A stretch of 64,000 bases of DNA from IMG/VR virus record IMGVR_UViG_3300048503_000180, positions 15,123 to 79,122 of that record; one strand, given 5' to 3'. Below the pieces are notes generated by a model. That model worked only from the letters and a program-made list of their open reading frames with translations, ran no database searches and had not been told where the DNA came from. This document shows positions 12,499-20,878 of the stretch, piece by piece; position 1 is the stretch's first letter, and every line of letters starts with the position of its first letter. The stretch comes from a virus. A program made the position numbers and the translations under genes.

Positions 12499-15400
12499 GT
12501 GGACCAAATCTACAAACTGCAGCCGCATCGCACCATGGCGCTGCAGGGCTTTGACGATTACGGCGCGGCAGCGGCACTGTGGGGTGCGTCCGACACTGGC
12601 TTTACCGTGTCCGGCGTGTTCCGCGATTTGGCCGATTTCGCCGTGCTGGTCCTGTTCCAGAAAGACGATCCGTTCGGCCACCCGCTGTTCTCGTATCTTC
12701 CGGACGGCGATCTCACCGGCCTCGTGCTCGCTTTCGACGTCACCTGGCAAGGCATTCAATCCTGGGAATCGCTCAAGAGCGCGTGGACGGATTGGAACAC
12801 CCTCGACTACTCCGTCAACGGCGTCGGTCACACCGACGTGAAGTGGATTGGAACGACCGGCATCACGATCACGTGCAACACGACTGGGCGCGCGGGGGCA
12901 TCGGCCACCTTCACGCTCAACCAAACCAGCGCGCAGGCTGGCGACAAGGTCACGCTGTGGTATCAGAACCAGTCGTTCATCAGCCCAGCGATCATTCCCG
13001 GCAATCCGACCACCGACCAGGCTCTGTGGTGGCAGGGATCGGTGGCGACTACCGACCAAGCCCTGTGGTGGCAGGGGAACGCGGCTTATAACCATTGGGT
13101 CAAGATCGGATCGAACACCTATTCCTGCCTCGAGGGATCGCTGAACAGCGCGGGTGTCGCGAGCAACGTCGCCGCCCAGATCAATGCCTCCGATCCAAAT
13201 TGCTCCTGCACCACGGGAGGCGCCTATGGCAACGAGATCTTCATTGCGCTGAGGTCCGGTGAGTATGGCCCTGTGGCAGTCTCTAGCTCCGACGGCTCTG
13301 GGGGCGCCACGCTGTCGAACTACCAGCACTGGGTGAAGATCGGCAGCGTTACGTATTCCTGCTACGAAGGATCGCTGAACAGCGCGCAGATAGCGGCCAA
13401 CGTCGCGGCGCAGATCAACGCCACCGACCCGAACTGCACGGCCACCGTGGGAGGCCAGTACAACAACGAGATCCTCATTACGCTGAAGGCTGGCGTCGCG
13501 GGCCCAATTGCGGTGTCGAGTTCGGATGGCTCCGCGGCTGCCTCGCTGACCCAAGGCACGAGTGCGGCGAGCATCTTGAACAACATCGCCGGCCAGATCA
13601 ACGGAACAAACTGGGTGCTGAACGGCCCCGCCGTGCTCACCGCCTCGGTGGTGTTGCCGAACCAGTTGGTGATCACGGCCACACCGGGCGCTGACGGCAA
13701 CATGGTGGCGTTCTATCAGACGGACAACAACAGCAGCGCCCGCCTGTACTTCACCGCGACGAACTGGAACCTGTCGGGCGGCTCATCGGATAACGTATCG
13801 TGGCACGTGCACATCGATTTCACTGCGCTCGGCTGGAGCAGCGTGGACAAGGTCTGGTGGACCATCGCGCCCGCGCTCCCGAACAGCCAGGCGTACCAGC
13901 CCACTGAATGGAAAGTGGTGGTCACCAACTGGACGGTCACCAGCAGCCCGGCGAGTAGGCGCGCGCTCAAGGTGGCTGGACCCGGGTCGGTCCGCATCGA
14001 AGAAGACAGCACCTGGGTAACCACGTCCGGGTACTGGGAGGCCGCGCCAGGCAACGACCCCGTGAACGGCGCATTCGCCTTCTGGAGCCAGGGACGCGCG
14101 ATCCGCGCGGCGGCTTCCGGTGCCAGCGTCACCGTCGAGACGCACTGCCAGTACACCCACGCTATCTACGTCGGCACGCGCCTCGACACCATCTGCGGCA
14201 CTGTGACCGCCACCCTGGACGGTGGCGCGCCGGTGACGCTCGATTGCTACTATCCCACCGCGACAACTTCCCAGACTCGACGCCTGCTCTTCTCCGGCGT
14301 GGCAGCAGGGCAGCACAAGGTGGTGATCACGCTTTCGGGCACCAAAAACGCGTCGAGCCAGGGCTGGTACTTCTATTTCGATTTCCTGGAATGCGCGGTC
14401 CCGAGCGACGTCCCCGATCCGGTGGCGACGACCACCGCCGTTGCGGTGGCCACCGACTTCGACACGGACAACACCTACAAGCTGTCGCCGCAGAGGCTGG
14501 TGTGGAACATCCAGAAACTCGGGCTGCTGGGCGAGATCGATCACTACTGCGGCGTCTTCTGGTGGAAGCAATCGGTGGCGTCCAATCCCGCGTACCCCAC
14601 ATGCACGGTCACGTTCTCCGGCAACTGGAACGATCAGGATGTCGTCTGGCTGCACATTGGCGCCTCGGCGATCGGCAAAACGGTGTTTGGCGGGCAGGAC
14701 AGCAGCAATACCATCGCGCGGCACTTCGCCAATTTCATCAACGCGATCTTCGACGGCGTCTGGGCCTCGGTCTCCGGCAGCGTGCTCACGGTCACTTCCC
14801 ATTCGTTCGCGAGCGGGTGGCAGTATCACGTCTACACGGAACTGCCAGCGTCCAATACCGGCAGCGGCCGCGCCGCGGTGACCGGCGACATGCAGGGCGG
14901 CACGTATGGCGTGAAGTGGGTGATCGATCCAACCCAGACGCCGGCGCTCAACCGGGCGTTCCGCGATTGGAACTCGGATTTCTTCAGCCTGCTCAAGGCG
15001 AACGGCATGAGCGCGGTCTGCTCGTTCTCCCAGGAACTGGTGCAACCGCCGGATAATCCTGCCGGTGGCGCTGTCTGGGTTCAACGCTTCCCTGACGGCA
15101 CGGCGGTGGAGACGGCCACGGGATTCGGCACGCTGAACAGTTCGCAAATCGCCTTCAGCACCGGGCCGCAGAACTACATGGGCCAAGCCTTCGCCGCGAT
15201 GGCAAGCCTTATGCTGGCGGCAGGACTCACGCCCAAACTCCAGTTCGGCGAAATCCTCTGGTGGTTCCTGGCGAACGCGTCCGGGATGGCGTTTCACGAT
15301 GCGGACACGCAGGCCGCCGCACAGTCGGCACTCGGCCGCGCGCTGGCGACCTTCCACACGCCGAACGACGATCCCTCGCTCAACAGCTACGCCGACGCAA

Positions 15401-15864
15401 ACTTTCTGCGGACGCGCCTGTACAACTACGTGGCCGCCATCCAGAGCTACGTTCTCTCGCAGTGCCCGTCCGCCGTGTTCGAGCTGCTGTGGCCGATGGA
15501 CGTGAACGACCCGGATACCTGCAAGCTGCTGCGGTACATCAACCTGCCCTCGCAATGGACCACGCGCGCGGGCTCCGGTTTTGACACGTTCCTGATCGAG
15601 GGCTACCAATATCCGGGAATAAACCACAACCTCGACCAGGCCACCCGGTGCGCGCAGTACCCATGGAAGGAACTCGCTTGGGACCAAGCTCACTGCCGTT
15701 ATCTGATGGGCCTCTATTACGGCAACTGGCCATGGATGCGTGAGTTCGTAAACGCCAGCCGTATTGGACCGCCGGCCATCAAGCTCTGGGCCTACGACCA
15801 CGTGTGCCTGTTCGGATGGCCGCTACCGCTGCCCACGGGCGATGACCGCTCATTTATTTACTGA
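12499..15864 (+). CDS. Large tail-associated protein with internal repeats, a beta-sandwich region and a C-terminal TIM-barrel/glycosidase-like domain
   Basis: GTG 12499 right after the previous stop; motifs QFGEILWWF, ELLWPMDVND, FLIEGYQY; last gene of the tail operon. Confidence 0.6.
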   Translation: MDQIYKLQPHRTMALQGFDDYGAAAALWGASDTGFTVSGVFRDLADFAVLVLFQKDDPFGHPLFSYLPDGDLTGLVLAFDVTWQGIQSWESLKSAWTDWNTLDYSVNGVGHTDVKWIGTTGITITCNTTGRAGASATFTLNQTSAQAGDKVTLWYQNQSFISPAIIPGNPTTDQALWWQGSVATTDQALWWQGNAAYNHWVKIGSNTYSCLEGSLNSAGVASNVAAQINASDPNCSCTTGGAYGNEIFIALRSGEYGPVAVSSSDGSGGATLSNYQHWVKIGSVTYSCYEGSLNSAQIAANVAAQINATDPNCTATVGGQYNNEILITLKAGVAGPIAVSSSDGSAAASLTQGTSAASILNNIAGQINGTNWVLNGPAVLTASVVLPNQLVITATPGADGNMVAFYQTDNNSSARLYFTATNWNLSGGSSDNVSWHVHIDFTALGWSSVDKVWWTIAPALPNSQAYQPTEWKVVVTNWTVTSSPASRRALKVAGPGSVRIEEDSTWVTTSGYWEAAPGNDPVNGAFAFWSQGRAIRAAASGASVTVETHCQYTHAIYVGTRLDTICGTVTATLDGGAPVTLDCYYPTATTSQTRRLLFSGVAAGQHKVVITLSGTKNASSQGWYFYFDFLECAVPSDVPDPVATTTAVAVATDFDTDNTYKLSPQRLVWNIQKLGLLGEIDHYCGVFWWKQSVASNPAYPTCTVTFSGNWNDQDVVWLHIGASAIGKTVFGGQDSSNTIARHFANFINAIFDGVWASVSGSVLTVTSHSFASGWQYHVYTELPASNTGSGRAAVTGDMQGGTYGVKWVIDPTQTPALNRAFRDWNSDFFSLLKANGMSAVCSFSQELVQPPDNPAGGAVWVQRFPDGTAVETATGFGTLNSSQIAFSTGPQNYMGQAFAAMASLMLAAGLTPKLQFGEILWWFLANASGMAFHDADTQAAAQSALGRALATFHTPNDDPSLNSYADANFLRTRLYNYVAAIQSYVLSQCPSAVFELLWPMDVNDPDTCKLLRYINLPSQWTTRAGSGFDTFLIEGYQYPGINHNLDQATRCAQYPWKELAWDQAHCRYLMGLYYGNWPWMREFVNASRIGPPAIKLWAYDHVCLFGWPLPLPTGDDRSFIY
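13009..13554 (+). repeat. Intragenic tandem repeats: 2 x 39 bp (TTDQALWWQG) followed by 2 x 234 bp (78-aa module)
   Basis: Units at 13009/13048 and 13087/13321; HWVKIGS.TYSC.EGSLNSA..NVAAQINA.DPNC in both long units. Confidence 0.9.
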
Positions 15865-16128
15865 ATTTCGCCAGTGACCGCGACGGCGTGCCATCGCGGA
15901 GCATTTCTACGGTGATGTTTTTATAGATCAGGCGGACGTCAATGCGACCGAAGGTAGTCGTCCGCGTTTCCGTAGGCTGACTTCAAATCCTCCTCCAGCC
16001 GGCGAAGTAGCGTGGCGCCCGCGTTGTTGCTGTCAAGCGCGAGGCGGAGCACTCGTCCCGCGGCATCCTCTTTGGATTGCTGGAGGCGTTTCCTACCGCC
16101 TGACAGTACGCTCAAATTGGACCGCCTT

Positions 16129-19100
16129 CTACCCAGTCCGACCCGCTGTCGATGCGGCAAATGGCCGAATGGCTCGGCAGTATGGGTACTTACTGCACCC
16201 GTAGAACTTACCGAAGCGTCCCGTTCGAAGCACCATACGGGACCCACACTTCGGACAAGGATTAGGCCCTGGTGAAGTGAGGGTCGGAGACGGCGAGACT
16301 CTCGCTGGCCGAACCCTCTTGACGCCCTTGCAGGACCTACAGAATCTGCCCACCCCGGAAGCCAAGGATGCGTCCTTGAACTCTTCAGTGGTACGCAGTT
16401 CTTTGCATTTCGGGCATTCCTTCAGCCCTCCCTCTTGAAGCTGTCGGATGTCGCTGTGGATCGTTTCAAGGACGTCGTTGTGCGGGAGATCAGGTTGCTT
16501 TCCAAGCAGTCGTCGCAGTCGGCCATCAAGCGTTGCGATTGGGTCGTCCCCGAGATTGAATCGGTTTATGCGAAGGAACTTGTAGCCATAGCTTTCGAGG
16601 AGTTTTTGGCGGTATACATCCTCCTCAGAATAGTAATCCGCATAGTTCGCGGCATCGATTCCGATCCCCTCTCCGAAATGTTCCCTAAAACCGTCGTATT
16701 CGATGATGATCTTCCTTTCGGCGCTCGCCGCAGGGCGATAAAGCAGCAAGAAGTCTACACGGTACTCCGGGTGGGAATAGTAGGAGTCGAACTGCTTCAG
16801 GTACTTGCCGAGTTTGAACTGCGGGGTGAATTCGATCCGATCCTTTTCCTCGTTCCAGAAGCGCGTTTGGTAGAACCAGGTCAGGACCGCTGCCTCCCGC
16901 GCCGAGCGGGGATCGACTTCCGCCGCCGCGTGCTCCTTCTTGGCCTCGTCGCGCACGCTCCAGAAATGCCGCAAAGCCTCCCCGATGGCCCCACTGTACC
17001 CATCTAGCGGCTTGCTCAGTACGAAATGCACGCACTCCCTGGCGCGGCTGAAGCCAACGTTCAGGCGCTGCGCCTTCAACTTCCCATCTTCCTCGAGATC
17101 GACGCTCGCGAGATCCTTGATAAAGACCCCCCAGAGCTTGTCCGAACTGCCAGTCGCTACCATCGAGTAGAAAACCAGGTCCCGCTCCTCGCCCTGGCAG
17201 GTATCGAACGTCATTATTTTCAGCCGGAACTCGCTGTAGAGAAAATCGCGTTCAGGCAGTCTGCCGACCGCGTCCACAAGGAGTTTTTGTTGGTCAGTAT
17301 GCGGCGTGATGATGCCGACACTCGCCTTACTCCCCTCTTCCTTCAGTTTTAGGAGTTCAGAAATGATGAACTGCGCCTCCTGTTGGTTGGTGTTTCGGTT
17401 CTTGGGCGCCGGTCCGCCGGGAGAAGGCGGCAGGATCGTGAATTGGATCACGTCATCGATGCTTTTGCCTCGAATCTTCATGACTTGAAGGTTGCGATAG
17501 AATTTGGCGTTCGAGTACGAGATCAACTCTTTGTAGCTGCGGAAATGCTTCAGCAACCTTGCTTGATAGTTGCTGATGTATTCGAAAAACTCCAGGATTG
17601 ATGTGCGGATATCAAATCGAGCCAGCTTGACGACCTTCGCTGGATCACGAGACACGTGCTGGCGAAAGGTAGCCTCCAGCCGGTTCATATACTCCCGGTT
17701 CGTATCGCCGCGAGCTTGGCCAGCCTTAACGTTGCTGAACTGCTTCTTGTCACCCAGGATCAAAATCTTTCGAGCGCGGAGAAGAGCCGGAAACGCCTGG
17801 GCAATGCTCACTTGCGACGCTTCGTCTATGATCAGCAAATCGAAGATCTCAGGTTCGAACGGTATGTACTCCGCGTAATCGCGGATACCCGCCAGGATAC
17901 AAGGAAAGGCATCTTTGAGCGTTCGGAACTCCGTTTGCGGAAATCGCTGCTTACTCCGAATAATGTCCCGCAGGGACCTGGCGATGTTCTTCTGGTTGTC
18001 GTAGAACTCGATGACTCGCCCGTCCATCAGGTACGTCATGTACACGGTTACGAGATCCTGAACCCGCTCCTGCTCCGCGGCGTAATTGACCTCCGGTATC
18101 TGCCGAAATGTTTGGCGGAGCTCCTGCGCCAGCGAAACGTACCTGACGAGGAGTGCAAACTCCGACTCGGCCATCTTCGCGAGACGGCTGGCGGAGAAGC
18201 CACGTAAGTCCGCGGCTATACCAAGCCGTTCCAGTGTTGCCGGATACTTCGTGAGAGTTTCACGCAGGCGGCCCGCGCCCTGAGCCGAGTCCGCGAGTCG
18301 CCGCAGGAATGAGCGAAGGTCGGGATCTGTGAGCAGCGCGTGGCACAACGTGAGCCCGTCTCCGTGAAGAGGCGTTGGTAGGCGCTCCATTTCGCCTTTA
18401 AGGAATTGTGCAATATTGCGGATTCTCTCAATGTCTGCCAAGCGCACATGTGGAGCATCCGGTGATCCGAACGCGAAAGCGACCCTAAACTCCTGATCAA
18501 GAGCGTCAATCGCTCGCCGCGAGAATAGGTAACCGATCAGTGGCTTGCGTAAGTCCGCGTAGCGCTGGATGAAGGCCGATAGCCGGTCCCCGTCAGTAAC
18601 TGAGAGACTCCGCACAAGCCTCAAGTCGTTGGCCGCACCCTGATATGTGTTCTCAGCCCGAACGAGCATCTCCTCCAGGCTGAGGGCAGCCTTGAAGAAC
18701 CGTGAAACCGTATCGACGCTGTCTACTCCGTTCGAACCAAGGGCTGCCGCAATCGATGACTGAGGCGGTTCAAGCCCGCCGAGTTCTTGGACCGCCTTGG
18801 ATATCGAGTAAAGATCTTCAAGGTCGGATACGGAGTCCTCGCGCGCGAGGACCTCTCGAAAATCGACCGGTTGCCCTTCACCGTCCAGGCTTGTCTCAAG
18901 AGCCGCCCATTCCTTGATGTTGGAGAGGGCTATGTCTCCGTAGCTGAGCGCTTCCGCCTCGATGTCCTCTTTTAGTGCCGCGCAGCTACCCGTAATTGTC
19001 TGACGTATCGCCTCGTGCTGCTTTCTCACAGCGCGGTAGTGTGCTTTGATCTCCGCCATGACCGCGCCCGAAAGGATCTGAGCATAGGTGCTCCCAGTGC

Positions 19101-20724
19101 CCCCCAGTCGGAGGATGGGATTCTGAAACTTCTTATCGTTGCGGACGCGATTCAGCGTGGAGATGATCTTGTCTTCGACAACGTCCAGGGCTTCCTTCTT
19201 GTCAGACAGGACTAGGACTGATTGATTATTCAGGACAGTGTTACAGATGATCGCGGTGATAGTGTGGCTTTTACCGGTTCCGGGGGGACCCTCGACAGTA
19301 ATGTACTTGCAGCGGTCCTTGAGTAGCGCCATCAGAATCTGACGCTGTTCGCTATTCAAAGCAATGGGGCTTTCGCAAACCAGGCGGTCAGGCACACCGA
19401 GGGCGTCCCATTCATCCTCCACTTCGCCAGCTACAGAATCAGGATTCCGATGAATGAAATCGTCAATCAGGCCCTTGAAGGCTTGAGCTACTGGCGTGTC
19501 AGAGCCCGCGCCTAGCAGTTGCAGAATCTGTTCGTAGTCGTTGAGAAGGGCTTCGTCTGAGTTATCGAAAAGCGCGATGTAGCAGGCGTTTGTAATGCGC
19601 ACGGCCGCGCTCTTGGCGACTCGGGGTGTTGTGTCCTCAATGTCGAGCGACTTGTCGAGTTGAAAGAAGTTCCCGAGCTCCGCTAAAACGGCCGAAACGA
19701 ATTGAGGGAACCTCGCTTCCTCTTTGGCGAGATACACGATGCGGTCAGCGGTGCACCGCAACGTCCCCTTCTTGCCCGTACGCTCATTTTCTTGCTGAAC
19801 GACGTATTCGAGTGCGCGTTTGTTGAGGTACACCTGGGCGTCGAATTCCACGACCAACCGGTGTTCCCTCACCGCAGTACTGAACGGGATGTAGAAGATG
19901 GGATATTTTGAACCCTCGTACGCGATGTCGCAGAAATATAGATAGAACTCTTGCTTATCGAGAATACTCTTATTGCGCTCTAGCTCATACAGTTCGAGAA
20001 AGAGGTCCCCGACGCCGAAATTGGAAAAGAAGTCCATGACCAACGGCCTTACCGTATCAGCCTTAAATGATGACCGGAGTTCTTCGCCAAGTTCGACCGG
20101 AGTGTCCGTAATAAGTTTGCGAACGAGTTCGGAGATCTTGTTCCTCGCAGGCTCAATGAGGAGTTCGCAGAGTTCTTCTTCAATCGCGGTGACGGTGCTT
20201 TCATCACCGAGGTCAAGGCGCTCTAGCGGTTGCCGAATGTGGCTCATGAATGGCGACAGTATCCTGGCGCGAATTCTGCCGGCGGCCGCCTCAATGGTAA
20301 CCGTAAGCGCCTTCTCGTAATCAGTTCGATTGGCTCTTGAGAGTTGAACGATGTCACCACCAACCGCGGAGCGCAATTCGTCCATCTGCTGGTCCGTTAC
20401 CTTGTCAACTTCGAGCTTGATCAGTTGAAGGAGCGTTGCAGGAAAGGCGGTGCGGTAGTCGCCCTTTCGGATTACCGATAGGGTGTCCTTTGAGAACCCG
20501 GACAGGATCACCTTCCAGGCGGCTTGAACGAAAATGGGATATCGAGCAAGGTTGACGCCGACCAAGAGGTTGTCCGCGCTTCTTAAGCGGATACTTCTCT
20601 TTGGATTCTTCCGACGATGGAAGTCCGTTTCAAGGAAGTCCATGTAGTACGTCGCCAACTCTTTGACAAATGTAAGTGGGTCACTCTGTTGGGTCAAATG
20701 TTGGTTGTCGGCATCAGTAGCCAT
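16129..20724 (-). CDS. SF1 (DNA2/Upf1-like) helicase + Vsr/DUF559-like endonuclease + zinc ribbons, 1531 aa
   Basis: GPPGTGKS, DEASQ, GDKKQ, QGEERD, NVGFSRARE; YRVDF..IIIEYDG..RQKLLESYGYKFLRI; C-terminal CPKCGSRMVLRTGRFGKFYGCSKYPYC. Confidence 0.85.
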   Translation of the reverse strand: MATDADNQHLTQQSDPLTFVKELATYYMDFLETDFHRRKNPKRSIRLRSADNLLVGVNLARYPIFVQAAWKVILSGFSKDTLSVIRKGDYRTAFPATLLQLIKLEVDKVTDQQMDELRSAVGGDIVQLSRANRTDYEKALTVTIEAAAGRIRARILSPFMSHIRQPLERLDLGDESTVTAIEEELCELLIEPARNKISELVRKLITDTPVELGEELRSSFKADTVRPLVMDFFSNFGVGDLFLELYELERNKSILDKQEFYLYFCDIAYEGSKYPIFYIPFSTAVREHRLVVEFDAQVYLNKRALEYVVQQENERTGKKGTLRCTADRIVYLAKEEARFPQFVSAVLAELGNFFQLDKSLDIEDTTPRVAKSAAVRITNACYIALFDNSDEALLNDYEQILQLLGAGSDTPVAQAFKGLIDDFIHRNPDSVAGEVEDEWDALGVPDRLVCESPIALNSEQRQILMALLKDRCKYITVEGPPGTGKSHTITAIICNTVLNNQSVLVLSDKKEALDVVEDKIISTLNRVRNDKKFQNPILRLGGTGSTYAQILSGAVMAEIKAHYRAVRKQHEAIRQTITGSCAALKEDIEAEALSYGDIALSNIKEWAALETSLDGEGQPVDFREVLAREDSVSDLEDLYSISKAVQELGGLEPPQSSIAAALGSNGVDSVDTVSRFFKAALSLEEMLVRAENTYQGAANDLRLVRSLSVTDGDRLSAFIQRYADLRKPLIGYLFSRRAIDALDQEFRVAFAFGSPDAPHVRLADIERIRNIAQFLKGEMERLPTPLHGDGLTLCHALLTDPDLRSFLRRLADSAQGAGRLRETLTKYPATLERLGIAADLRGFSASRLAKMAESEFALLVRYVSLAQELRQTFRQIPEVNYAAEQERVQDLVTVYMTYLMDGRVIEFYDNQKNIARSLRDIIRSKQRFPQTEFRTLKDAFPCILAGIRDYAEYIPFEPEIFDLLIIDEASQVSIAQAFPALLRARKILILGDKKQFSNVKAGQARGDTNREYMNRLEATFRQHVSRDPAKVVKLARFDIRTSILEFFEYISNYQARLLKHFRSYKELISYSNAKFYRNLQVMKIRGKSIDDVIQFTILPPSPGGPAPKNRNTNQQEAQFIISELLKLKEEGSKASVGIITPHTDQQKLLVDAVGRLPERDFLYSEFRLKIMTFDTCQGEERDLVFYSMVATGSSDKLWGVFIKDLASVDLEEDGKLKAQRLNVGFSRARECVHFVLSKPLDGYSGAIGEALRHFWSVRDEAKKEHAAAEVDPRSAREAAVLTWFYQTRFWNEEKDRIEFTPQFKLGKYLKQFDSYYSHPEYRVDFLLLYRPAASAERKIIIEYDGFREHFGEGIGIDAANYADYYSEEDVYRQKLLESYGYKFLRINRFNLGDDPIATLDGRLRRLLGKQPDLPHNDVLETIHSDIRQLQEGGLKECPKCKELRTTEEFKDASLASGVGRFCRSCKGVKRVRPARVSPSPTLTSPGPNPCPKCGSRMVLRTGRFGKFYGCSKYPYCRAIRPFAASTAGRTG

Positions 20725-20878
20725 GGGCTCTCCCTACTACATCGCTCGGTTTCCGTGTAAGAGGCTACAGTGGTGGGCCCCATTGGGTTTGCCCACATGA
20801 GCCTCCGGCAGCGGCTTGGTCGGGAATTCGATCACCGCGTGTGTAGAATGACCGATAAAAACGCTCCCCAACGCACAA

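Noticed and set aside
8078-15864. Diversity-generating retroelement acting on tail genes
   Set aside because: No reverse transcriptase and no TR/VR pair with adenine-specific mismatches; the repeats are in-frame module duplications.
15939-16247. 102-aa ORF after the helicase
   Set aside because: Overlaps the helicase 3' end with no RBS; at most a gene remnant at the cargo boundary.
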